NCBI RefSeq assembly: GCF_054888695.1
Contig: NZ_CM142671.1
DNA length: 32,000 nucleotides
Reading direction: 5' to 3' (one strand)
The translations under genes and the position numbers were made by a program. The notes beneath the pieces are model-generated. The model worked only from the letters and a program-made list of their open reading frames with translations. It was not told the DNA's origin and ran no database searches. How positions within the stretch are numbered: the stretch's first letter is position 1; every line of letters starts with the position of its first letter. Below, in pieces: positions 16,067-24,854 of this stretch.

Positions 16067-17848
16067 TTATACGATAGAATGGGAAGCAAATTTTAAGGCT
16101 TCAGTTCGGTGTTGTAATACTCGTACCATCTGGCTTACCTCTTGTTCGACGGTTTTATCCACCCTTTGCAATACTGAAAGCATTTGTTCACGCGTTTTTG
16201 ATAGAATACTCATGTCCTGTTGTAAAATTGCCATGTCGGCAGAGTTTCCAGCAACAAAACAATTCATCGTCGATGTTGCTATTGCACAGATGAGTAAGCC
16301 TATTTTCTCCAGGCCATTACTTATTTTGGCAATCAACTTCAACACTACGGCTGATGTTTGTAGCACGCTGCATACGCTGTCTAATACCTTTATAATATTT
16401 TTTGAAACTGAATTAATAATTGATTCAATGGTTGATTTTATAGTGCTTGTTATTACTTTGGTGACTTCTTCGGCGGCTGTTTTTGATAATGCAGAAACAA
16501 CGGCCCCTATTGCTACAGAACATATTACAGCTGCACCAATCATTACTGTCGCCATGACAATAGAAGCGGCTGCACTTGCGTAAATACTTTTAACCAGTTC
16601 AATCGTATCTTGATCGACACCAATAACGTCCAGAAGCGCGGTGATTGCGAGCAGAGTGGGATCAACTGTTTTAATCGCAGCCGAAAGACCTTCTACAACT
16701 TTCCCTAAAATCCAGCCGGTAGCCGTGGTGCCCAGAGCGATTTGACAAGTGATATCTACACCTAATACTACTGCGCCCGCTATTCCTCCAATAAGTGCCA
16801 ATGCACCCGCAATACTTGAACCACCACTTGGAACTGCAGCAAGAAGACCAACAACAATTAAGACTGCGCTTACGGCAAAGGTAACTACAGTTACACACTC
16901 ATTAACGATTTTTAAAACTTTAGTCGTGGTAGTATATTTACGTGCTGTTTCATTGAGTTTATTTTCCCTGACATGGTTAATCTCTTTCATTACCTCAGAT
17001 TGATTTTTAATAGAGTCGCAATTGGTATCACCAATAACTTCCATTACTGAAGTAATCAAAAGGATAAATGTGGCTGTCGCGTTTCTATTTTTCTGGTTTT
17101 CCTGTGTCAGGCAAATATTGGTGGTGAAGTTATTAATCTGTTCTTGCTGTTGAATTTCGTCAAAAATTTCCATACTTTGGCCGATCGCAGCATCAGCATC
17201 CATAATGGCTGTATTTAACGATTTCTCAGCTAACGATTTTTTTTGTAATGACAGCGTGAGTGTTTTTTCAGCCGCATTTTTTTGCGTCAGTACTTTATTA
17301 TATTGCGGATCGCCAGGTTGCAGTTGCGACAGCTCTTGATTCAATGTGTTGACTTTTTTCTCCAGCGATTGCACCTTTTTATCGACCGCATTGTAATTAT
17401 TATTGGCCTGATGCATGATATCGTCGGCTTTTTGCGCATCATCTAATGACGAGGAATAAGCGTCACTTAATTCACGAAACTTATTATGTGCCATTTCGTG
17501 TCGAAGCAGGGTGCTGTCAAGGTTATTATGCAAACGTGTTGTAATATCCTGATCGGCAATGCCTGTTAAATTACCCAAAATCATTGTCAGGCGGGCATCA
17601 TTCGTCTTTGCTGTAGTGGCGTTGTCTGAATCTGAAACCTGTATTTCAGGCGGAGCAAGCATCGGTTTGTTTTCAAGACGAGCGCGAATATCGTTATCAA
17701 GGGATTTCGGGTTTTTATTAAGCCGCATGGGATCAACTTGCGTTTTGCTGCTGTCCTGCAGTCTTTTTTCCGCATCGCTATACTGTGTACGCAATGTTTC
17801 ACTGATTTGTTCAAACGTGATCGTTTGTCCCGTAATCGGTGCCGACAT
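16067..17848 (-). CDS. eipB: Type III secretion major translocator of the SipB/IpaB family.
   Basis: - 593 aa, the same length I recall for SipB.
- N-terminal coiled-coil, then two long hydrophobic segments (VVTFAVSAVLIVVGLLAAVPSGGSSIAGALALIGGIAGAVVLGV... and AAASIVMATVMIGAAVICSVAIGAVVSAL) typical of the family.
- Strong AAGGAGGTG Shine-Dalgarno; lies downstream of a class II chaperone gene. Confidence 0.85.
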   Translation of the reverse strand: MSAPITGQTITFEQISETLRTQYSDAEKRLQDSSKTQVDPMRLNKNPKSLDNDIRARLENKPMLAPPEIQVSDSDNATTAKTNDARLTMILGNLTGIADQDITTRLHNNLDSTLLRHEMAHNKFRELSDAYSSSLDDAQKADDIMHQANNNYNAVDKKVQSLEKKVNTLNQELSQLQPGDPQYNKVLTQKNAAEKTLTLSLQKKSLAEKSLNTAIMDADAAIGQSMEIFDEIQQQEQINNFTTNICLTQENQKNRNATATFILLITSVMEVIGDTNCDSIKNQSEVMKEINHVRENKLNETARKYTTTTKVLKIVNECVTVVTFAVSAVLIVVGLLAAVPSGGSSIAGALALIGGIAGAVVLGVDITCQIALGTTATGWILGKVVEGLSAAIKTVDPTLLAITALLDVIGVDQDTIELVKSIYASAAASIVMATVMIGAAVICSVAIGAVVSALSKTAAEEVTKVITSTIKSTIESIINSVSKNIIKVLDSVCSVLQTSAVVLKLIAKISNGLEKIGLLICAIATSTMNCFVAGNSADMAILQQDMSILSKTREQMLSVLQRVDKTVEQEVSQMVRVLQHRTEALKFASHSIV

Positions 17849-17903
17849 AATTCACCTCCTTTTTAAGCTATCATCGGGTGTAATTAATTCTTTTTTATTT
17901 AAC

Positions 17904-18086
17904 TCATGGCAGATGTTTATTCCCATCTAAAATGGCATCAACGGGAAAGTAAGTAATGTGTTTATTGTTATTCTTCTCATTTATTTTATCGCCATGGTTA
18001 TTTTTTAAATCAACTGTGCCTTCCTCATGATATTTCCTGGCTAACTCTTCAGACGTAAAAGAAGCGTTTTTTCCGTTTATGTTCAT
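17904..18086 (-). CDS. Hypothetical 60-aa protein encoded between the chaperone and major translocator genes.
   Basis: The ATG lies 9 nt after the eicA stop, so coupled translation is possible, with only a weak GAGTGAG Shine-Dalgarno. The ORF occupies most of an otherwise unexplained 247-nt gap. I recognise no family from the sequence MNINGKNASFTSEELARKYHEEGTVDLKNNHGDKINEKNNNKHITYFPVDAILDGNKHLP. Confidence 0.35.
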   Translation of the reverse strand: MNINGKNASFTSEELARKYHEEGTVDLKNNHGDKINEKNNNKHITYFPVDAILDGNKHLP

Positions 18087-18095
18087 TTTGCCGAC

Positions 18096-18593
18096 TCACT
18101 CTGTTCGAACTTCCTCTTCGGTATTGTCTGTCAAAAGTTCAAGATAAGCAGTAGCCATCTCTTTAATTTTTTCATTTTGACTATAGGTTACGACAGTATT
18201 AAATAACTCAGTGGCCATTTTAATGTTTTTTAAGCCCATCTGGCATTGACCCATATAATAAACCAAAGAGAAATCGTTATCGGGAGATAGCATTAAACAG
18301 ATATGATACATGTCGAATGCCTTTTGATAATCTTTCTTCAATTGACAGACGGCGGCATATCCTTTTAAGTAGTTATAATTTTGGAAATCATAAATACAGA
18401 GAAATTTAAAAAAGAGTTCAGCTTCGTCAAGTCTTCCTTTTTCATAAAAGTTATAAGCGTAAGCATAAACGCCTTCAAGGGTATCCGGGGTTATGCCATG
18501 CAGCTCTGCAAGCGTTGCTCCCATACCTAATGCACGTTCGAACTTACTGGCAATTTCTTTATTTTCTTCTAAATCCAGATTTGCGCTTTCCAT
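18096..18593 (-). CDS. eicA: Class II type III secretion chaperone (SicA/IpgC/LcrH family, TPR fold) for the translocators.
   Basis: - 165 aa, the same as SicA.
- GATLAELHGITPDTLEGVYAYAYNFYEKGRLDEAELFFKFLCIYDFQNYNYLKGYAAVCQLKKDYQKAFDMY matches the TPR core of SicA and IpgC.
- AAAGGAGAG Shine-Dalgarno upstream. Confidence 0.9.
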   Translation of the reverse strand: MESANLDLEENKEIASKFERALGMGATLAELHGITPDTLEGVYAYAYNFYEKGRLDEAELFFKFLCIYDFQNYNYLKGYAAVCQLKKDYQKAFDMYHICLMLSPDNDFSLVYYMGQCQMGLKNIKMATELFNTVVTYSQNEKIKEMATAYLELLTDNTEEEVRTE

Positions 18594-18894
18594 CTCTACT
18601 CTCTCCTTTCGAACATTCTTTGTTCAGACTTCACCATTTTTTAGAGGGTGGTGATATCAAAATTCGCTCATTTTTATGCCCATCCGTTGGGCTTCGTTTT
18701 CTGCATTAAAAACAAGTATTGTTTCAATGAGATAAGATTTTCTATGTGATGAAATGAAAATAATGTAGAGGGAAATTTATCCACAATCCTGATGAACGGG
18801 TTCAATTTTGATTGGAATTTGAAAAAGCAGGTGATTTACTGATGTGCGAGCTTAAGTCAGCGGCTGCTGGCCTGAGCGCGGAGGTGTGCGAAAT

Positions 18895-19188
18895 TCACAT
18901 ATCCGGGCATTCCACCTTACCCAGCGCTTCCCAGTAGTTATTCTGATTATTACGCTCCATCGCCACAATAGCTTCGCGGATATGTTGTTTGTTACTCTCA
19001 TCAGACAACATTAATTTTTCCCACGCTTCGTCTGATAATGACGCCTGTGGCGTGCAAATTTTACGTAAATCTTGCAATACCGTGGTTTTCTCTTTTGCCG
19101 ACTGTAGCGAGCTGAATGGCGACTCGGCCTGAGAAATGGCTGGAAAAGTCAGGAATACGGTAATCATGAGTAGCATCGTTGGCTTCAT
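18895..19188 (-). CDS. yicS: Small secreted protein YicS (97 aa).
   Basis: The sequence from the internal Met, MKPTMLLMITVFLTFPAISQA|ESPFSSLQSAKEK..., matches E. coli YicS with a signal peptide and a GAAGG Shine-Dalgarno. The 120-aa ORF in the track (to 19257) is an upstream over-extension. Confidence 0.85.
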   Translation of the reverse strand: MKPTMLLMITVFLTFPAISQAESPFSSLQSAKEKTTVLQDLRKICTPQASLSDEAWEKLMLSDESNKQHIREAIVAMERNNQNNYWEALGKVECPDM

Positions 19189-19396
19189 AGCGGCAACCTT
19201 CTGCAAATGTGCATCGAATGAAGCATAAGTGTAGTTTGCTTTTACCGCTCTCATCATGCTGTACGAAAGGTGTTTGCGTGGTCAGTAAGAAGTGCCAGTT
19301 TTTTATACCTTTTTCTTCTATTCGATAGCTTTTCATTTTTTAAATCGTAGTGATCTTGCCATTATAGTCAGTTAATGATTAAAAAAAGGATAAAAA

Positions 19397-20215
19397 ATGA
19401 AACTGACAACACATCATCTACGGGCGGGGGCCGCATTATTGCTGGCAGGAATTCTGCTGGCAGGTTGCGACCAGAGTAGCAGCGATGCAAAACACATTAA
19501 AGTTGGCGTTATAAATGGCGCAGAACAAGATGTCGCGGAAGTCGCTAAAAAGGTGGCAAAAGAGAAATATGGCCTCGATGTTGAACTGGTAGGATTTAGC
19601 GGTTCGTTGCTACCGAACGATGCGACAAATCATGGCGAGCTTGATGCGAACGTCTTCCAGCATCGGCCCTTTCTTGAACAAGATAATCAGGCGCATGGTT
19701 ATAAACTGGTAGCGGTGGGAAATACGTTTGTCTTCCCTATGGCGGGTTATTCCAAAAAAATCAAAACCGTGGCGCAAATAAAAGAAGGCGCGACAGTGGC
19801 GATCCCCAACGACCCGACCAACCTTGGTCGCGCGCTTTTACTGTTGCAAAAAGAGAAGCTAATTACTCTGAAAGAGGGAAAAGGGTTATTACCTACCGCA
19901 CTGGATATAACCGATAATCCTCGTCATTTGCAGATTATGGAACTCGAGGGGGCGCAACTCCCGCGCGTACTGGATGATCCCAAAGTTGATGTGGCGATTA
20001 TCAGCACCACTTACATTCAGCAGACCGGGCTTTCTCCGGTGCACGACAGCGTATTTATTGAAGATAAGAATTCGCCGTATGTGAATATTCTGGTGGCACG
20101 GGAAGATAATAAGAATGCAGAAAACGTGAAGGAATTTCTGCAATCTTATCAATCATCCGAAGTCGCTAAAGCGGCAGAAACCATCTTTAACGGTGGCGCG
20201 GTGCCTGGCTGGTAA
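19397..20215 (+). CDS. nlpA: Lipoprotein-28, an inner-membrane methionine-binding lipoprotein.
   Basis: 272 aa and essentially identical to E. coli NlpA as I recall it. It has the lipobox LLAGC and an NlpA/MetQ-family body. Confidence 0.95.
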   Translation: MKLTTHHLRAGAALLLAGILLAGCDQSSSDAKHIKVGVINGAEQDVAEVAKKVAKEKYGLDVELVGFSGSLLPNDATNHGELDANVFQHRPFLEQDNQAHGYKLVAVGNTFVFPMAGYSKKIKTVAQIKEGATVAIPNDPTNLGRALLLLQKEKLITLKEGKGLLPTALDITDNPRHLQIMELEGAQLPRVLDDPKVDVAIISTTYIQQTGLSPVHDSVFIEDKNSPYVNILVAREDNKNAENVKEFLQSYQSSEVAKAAETIFNGGAVPGW

Positions 20216-20218
20216 TTC

Positions 20219-21142
20219 TCACTCATCCCGCGCCGGACGATTTATTTTTCTGGCGCGGCGACGGGAATCCATTGAAATCAAAATCACTGATGACAGAATC
20301 AGAAGCGTTCCCAGCCAGTCCGGTAATGTGAATGTGATCCCCAGCAACAGCAAAGAGAGCAGCGCGCTACTTAATGGTTCTGCACAGCTCAAAATGCTGG
20401 CTTTTGGACCGCCAATTAATTGTGCTCCTTTCAGGTACAGACTAAATGTCAGGGACGTACCAATGACCACCAAATAAAAAAACGCCAGAATCAAACTGCC
20501 GTTAACGACAAAGTTTGTCCCTTGTCTGGCATAAAAAGGCAACAGAATCAGACCGCCGATCAGCATACTCCAGCCGACGACAGGCAACGTGCCATAGCGG
20601 GCAATCAGCGTTGAGGGATAGGTGGTATAGAATGCAGCAGCAAATGCCGAGGCAATGCCCCAGAATAACGCGGCCGGAGAGATCGATAATGACGTCGGAT
20701 TACCGTGTGTCACCAGTAAAAAAGTCCCGACCAGCGATGTCAAAATAGCGCAAAAAACCAGAATGCCCGGGCGCGATTTACGTACCAGTGAGAACCAGGC
20801 GACGATAATCGTCGGTGAGAGGAATTGCAGCACCGTTGCCGTGGCTGCGTTCGATTTTTCGATGGTTAGCAAAAAAGTGAGCTGTACGGTTAGCGCGCCA
20901 ACCACGGAAAAAATCAGTAGGCTAATGGCATCTTTGTGATTGTTAATAATAGAAAAGATTTTATCACCATGAACAAATGATAGCGTCAGCAGAATCAAAC
21001 CGGCGAATATCAAACGCGTCATAGTCAAAAACTGCGACGACATCTGGCTTTGCTCCATGATGTATTGCGCGCAGACCCCTGAACTTCCCCACAACACGGC
21101 GGCAATCAGAACGTTCAGCATCCCCTTTCTGGTGGAACCCAT
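20219..21142 (-). CDS. yicL: EamA/DMT-family inner membrane transporter YicL.
   Basis: 307 aa polytopic membrane protein at the K-12 syntenic position. It is convergent with nlpA, with only 3 nt between the two stop codons. Confidence 0.9.
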
Positions 21143-21252
21143 TTTTCCCTCTGCATACTGTTTTGTCGTTTATGTATGCAGGCATGATAGCAAAAATGGC
21201 GAGGATGGCTCTGTTTGCGCCACGCCGATTTTTCTTAGCCCAGACTGGTGAG

Positions 21253-22437
21253 CTAAATATCTTTAATAAACAGCAGGCAAATCATCGCAATACCCAACAT
21301 CCCTATCGCCAGCCAGAACAACGCGTGGTAGCTCCAGATTTCAACCATAATTCCGTCAACAGAGCCGGCGATAATCCAGCCGACGCGTGAGGTATTTGCA
21401 TATAACGTTGTCGCAGAGCCTATTTTTTCAGGCATCAGGTCCTGAAAATAAAGCATGCCGATACCACAGAGAATACCAAGGAAGATGGCATTAAGAATTT
21501 GCAATTCCAGCTCAACTGCCGGAGTCGTCGCCATGAGTACGCTGGCGTAAAAACACATTCCACTCACGATAGCAATGAGCATTAATAGCCGCTTGCCAAT
21601 ACGTTTCATGTAATAGCCTGCGATTAACATCATCGGAATTTCCAGACCGGCAGCAATACCAATCATTTCTCCAGCCAGTTTATCGGTTAGATGCAGTTCA
21701 TCAATAATAAATAGCGGCATATTTATCATGTAGAGATTATTCGCCGCCCACATCATTGAACAGACCACAAAAAGTAGCCGCGTATCCCGCTTCCTGTGGG
21801 TGGAGGGTAAAATTTCTATGGGTTGGGTAACGACAGGAATATTTCTTTGTATTGATGGCAAAAACAACCAGACTATCAGTCCGCAAACAACAAATGCGAT
21901 GGCAGCGGTGAGATACATCACTTTAAAACTAAATCCCATTGCCAGTTCATAAGCGAGCGGTGGCCCGATAACCCAGGCAAGCGAGATCTGAGCACGTAAA
22001 AATGTACTGAACATGACCGTCTCACGGCCTGTTCTGTCGGCGTGTTCACGGGCGAGGGCGAACATTTGCGGGTTTGCAGTGGAAGCAAAACTACTCAGAA
22101 GTACGCCCGTTGAGAGGAGAATGAAGTAGTTGCGATTCCACGCAAAAAGCGTGCAGGCCAGCACTCCAAATAAGCAACATAGCAGGATCAGTAATTTACG
22201 GTCGCCTTGTTTATCGGAGTGCCTTGCCAGAAATTGACTGACCAGAATTCCCATAATAGCGCTACCGGTGAAGAAAAAACCTACCATTATAGGACGGGCT
22301 TTCAGTTCATCTGCGAGGAATATACTTAGGGTGGGAGTCTGGAGAGCGCCCGCAATACCCGTCAGAAAGGCGACAAGTAAAAATGCCGCGGCAGTGAGAT
22401 CAAGTATTTTTGATGGAGTAGTAGCCGTTTTTTGCAT
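21253..22437 (-). CDS. setC: Sugar efflux transporter C (MFS).
   Basis: 394 aa MFS protein at the syntenic position next to selC. The sequence matches the E. coli SetC family. Confidence 0.9.
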   Translation of the reverse strand: MQKTATTPSKILDLTAAAFLLVAFLTGIAGALQTPTLSIFLADELKARPIMVGFFFTGSAIMGILVSQFLARHSDKQGDRKLLILLCCLFGVLACTLFAWNRNYFILLSTGVLLSSFASTANPQMFALAREHADRTGRETVMFSTFLRAQISLAWVIGPPLAYELAMGFSFKVMYLTAAIAFVVCGLIVWLFLPSIQRNIPVVTQPIEILPSTHRKRDTRLLFVVCSMMWAANNLYMINMPLFIIDELHLTDKLAGEMIGIAAGLEIPMMLIAGYYMKRIGKRLLMLIAIVSGMCFYASVLMATTPAVELELQILNAIFLGILCGIGMLYFQDLMPEKIGSATTLYANTSRVGWIIAGSVDGIMVEIWSYHALFWLAIGMLGIAMICLLFIKDI

Positions 22438-22820
22438 TCTTCTGAATCACCGGGCGACAAAATATAACTGAGTTACAAATAAGTACCAGTCGAATGAGTA
22501 TTGTATTAAGAATTTTTGAGTATCGCTGATACAACCAGAAAGCAATGCTAGCGCAATATTATAGGGCCAGCAATTGAGATTATTAGCAAAAGCATGTTAA
22601 GAGTTAATCACCGAATTTATATATTAATTATAGTAAGACAATGAGCTATTTTTGATAGTAAAAATAAAACAAATTTATTTGATATATTAAATGAACAAAT
22701 TAATCTTGATGGCAGTCTGATTATTGGTGAAGTTTACAGGTCAGTTTTTTTCGCCAGCGGTTAAAGGAATAGAATCGTCGTATAAAAAAAGGGTGTTCTG
22801 GGGCGTGTAAAACAACATCT

Positions 22821-23060
22821 TCACCTTAATGGCGATACAGTTGGCTGAGAGTCAGCAGGGGGGCAAATCACCTGCAAATAAACACGGCGCATGCTGGCGC
22901 GAATATCGCGGATGCGTTCGAGGACAGAAGAACCGACAGGCGGATTCTTCAGCCGCTCATCGTCCATCACAAAACCTTTGACCAGGTATTCCTGAAGCCG
23001 ATTGAATATTGAGCAGTAGAAAATATCTGGATTGACAGTATTACAAGGGATTGGAGAACG
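22821..23060 (-). pseudogene. Degenerate internal fragment of a RhuM-family (Virulence_RhuM) gene, lying 15 nt from the 3' end of selC.
   Basis: This minus-strand frame is absent from the ORF track because it has no ATG. It reads ...FNRLQEYLVKGFVMDDERLKNPPVGSSVLERIRDIRASMRRVYLQVI...*. The motifs EYL(V/I)KGF.(M/L)DDE.LK and ERIRDIR(A/S)SE are the conserved RhuM-family core as I recall it. The frame has no start codon, is bounded by an upstream stop at 23061-23063, and the segment between the two motifs appears shortened. Confidence 0.45.
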
Positions 23061-23075
23061 TCAGAAGAGGCATTT

Positions 23076-23170
23076 TGGCGGAAGATCACAGGAGTCGAAC
23101 CTGCCCGGGACCGCTGGCGGCCCCAACTGGATTTGAAGTCCAGCCGCCTCACCGGAGACGACGATCTTCC
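23076..23170 (-). tRNA. selC: tRNA-Sec (selenocysteine tRNA, anticodon UCA).
   Basis: The reverse complement reads GGAAGATCGTCGTCTCCGGTGAGGCGGCTGGACTTCAAATCCAGTTGGGGCCGCCAGCGGTCCCGGGCAGGTTCGACTCCTGTGATCTTCCGCCA. This is the 95-nt E. coli selC sequence, including the long variable arm and the CCA end. Confidence 0.97.
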
Positions 23171-23462
23171 GCGCCTCGATTGCTACATGGAGGCGGGGCG
23201 CATTATAGCTACTTCCTTGAGTTTCTACATCCCCCAGATCAGTTTTTTCCGCCTAATACACGCAGCGTATTATCACGAAAGCATTATAATTCATATAAAA
23301 CCCATACTTTACAATGATATATGAGCGTAATTTACGCTACCACGATCACATAAAACAAGAATCATAAATTAATAACCAGATATCGGAATATTCGCTCTCA
23401 CAGGGATGGTTTACAAAATGCGTTATCGGTCTCAGCACCCCTATAGCATCAAGGAAAAGCAG

Positions 23463-24845
23463 ATGAAGAGTGAAGTGTTGTCCGTTAAAGAGAAAATTGG
23501 TTATGGCATGGGAGACGCCGCCAGCCACATTATTTTCGATAACGTAATGTTATATATGATGTTCTTTTATACCGATATTTTTGGCATTCCTGCCGGATTT
23601 GTCGGAACCATGTTTTTGGTCGCTCGTGCACTGGATGCGATTTCCGATCCTTGCATGGGGTTGTTGGCCGATCGAACGCGCTCTCGCTGGGGTAAATTTC
23701 GTCCGTGGGTACTGTTTGGCGCACTGCCATTTGGGATCGTCTGTGTACTGGCCTATAGCACGCCAGATCTCAGTATGAACGGAAAAATGATTTATGCAGC
23801 AATTACTTACACCCTACTTACCTTACTTTATACCATCGTTAATATCCCTTACTGCGCATTGGGTGGGGTAATCACCAATGACCCGACTCAGCGTATCTCG
23901 CTGCAATCCTGGCGTTTTGTGCTGGCGACCGCGGGAGGCATGCTCTCTACTGTTCTGATGATGCCACTGGTTAATTTAATTGGTGGTGATAATAAACCAC
24001 TCGGTTTCCAGGGCGGAATCGCGGTCCTTTCCGTGGTGGCATTTATGATGCTGGCATTTTGTTTCTTCACCACTAAAGAACGCGTTGAAGCACCACCTAC
24101 AACGACGTCTATGCGGGAAGATTTACGTGATATCTGGCAAAACGACCAGTGGCGTATTGTCGGTTTACTAACCATTTTCAATATTCTGGCGGTATGCGTA
24201 CGCGGTGGGGCGATGATGTATTACGTCACATGGATTTTGGGTACGCCGGAAGTGTTTGTCGCTTTTCTTACCACTTATTGCGTGGGTAACCTGATTGGTT
24301 CCGCACTGGCGAAACCGCTGACCGACTGGAAATGTAAAGTCACTATCTTCTGGTGGACGAACGCCCTGCTGGCAGTGATTAGCCTGGCGATGTTCTTTGT
24401 TCCTATGCAGGCCAGCATCACCATGTTTGTCTTCATCTTCGTGATTGGTGTGCTGCATCAACTGGTGACACCTATCCAGTGGGTAATGATGTCCGATACC
24501 GTCGATTACGGCGAGTGGTGCAATGGTAAACGCCTGACCGGGATCAGTTTTGCTGGCACGCTGTTTGTGCTCAAACTGGGGTTGGCCTTCGGCGGCGCTC
24601 TTATCGGCTGGATGCTGGCTTATGGCGGATATGATGCGGCAGAAAAAGCGCAGAACAGCGCCACGATTAGCATCATTATTGCGCTATTCACGATTGTTCC
24701 GGCGATCTGTTATTTGCTGAGCGCGATTATCGCTAAACGCTACTACTCACTCACGACGCACAATCTGAAAACCGTTATGGAACAGCTGGCCCAGGGCAAA
24801 CGCCGTTGCCAGCAACAATTCACCTCTCAAGAAGTGCAGAACTAA
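23463..24845 (+). CDS. yicJ: GPH-family glycoside-pentoside-hexuronide:cation symporter YicJ.
   Basis: 460 aa starting MKSEVLSVKEKIGYGMGDAASH, matching E. coli YicJ, with an AAGGAAAAG Shine-Dalgarno. The ORF-track start at 23406 adds 19 upstream codons that are unlikely to be translated. Confidence 0.9.
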   Translation: MKSEVLSVKEKIGYGMGDAASHIIFDNVMLYMMFFYTDIFGIPAGFVGTMFLVARALDAISDPCMGLLADRTRSRWGKFRPWVLFGALPFGIVCVLAYSTPDLSMNGKMIYAAITYTLLTLLYTIVNIPYCALGGVITNDPTQRISLQSWRFVLATAGGMLSTVLMMPLVNLIGGDNKPLGFQGGIAVLSVVAFMMLAFCFFTTKERVEAPPTTTSMREDLRDIWQNDQWRIVGLLTIFNILAVCVRGGAMMYYVTWILGTPEVFVAFLTTYCVGNLIGSALAKPLTDWKCKVTIFWWTNALLAVISLAMFFVPMQASITMFVFIFVIGVLHQLVTPIQWVMMSDTVDYGEWCNGKRLTGISFAGTLFVLKLGLAFGGALIGWMLAYGGYDAAEKAQNSATISIIIALFTIVPAICYLLSAIIAKRYYSLTTHNLKTVMEQLAQGKRRCQQQFTSQEVQN

Positions 24846-24854
24846 GGAACGGCA

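Noticed and set aside
16047-16583. A 178-aa plus-strand ORF, and other ORFs (16671..16898, 16749..17003, 17559..17930, 17587..17814), overlapping eipB.
   Set aside because: They are antisense or out of frame to a gene with strong family features and a strong Shine-Dalgarno. They have no ribosome-binding site and only low-complexity translations.
18895-19257. Longer N-terminal versions of yicS (120 aa, start 19257) and yicJ (479 aa, start 23406).
   Set aside because: The internal Met starts (19188 and 23463) give the known 97-aa and 460-aa proteins. They place a signal peptide (YicS) or the first transmembrane segment (YicJ) at the N-terminus and have better Shine-Dalgarno sequences.
20193-21390. 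Multiple 60-95-aa ORFs antisense to yicL and setC, with similar ORFs inside yicJ, yicI and the PTS EIIC gene.
   Set aside because: These are typical shadow ORFs within well-supported membrane-protein and enzyme genes. They show no ribosome-binding sites or family features.
22967-23152. A 61-aa minus-strand ORF and an 88-aa plus-strand ORF (23051..23317) overlapping selC.
   Set aside because: Both run through the tRNA-Sec gene itself and so arise by chance. The RhuM-like similarity is in a different minus-strand frame.
23202-23207. A TATAAT hexamer on the minus strand, about 32 nt upstream of mature selC, as the selC promoter.
   Set aside because: It is a plausible -10 element, but I could not find a convincing -35 at 16-18 bp spacing (the best is TGTAGA). 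There is no transcript-start evidence, so I did not report it as a feature.
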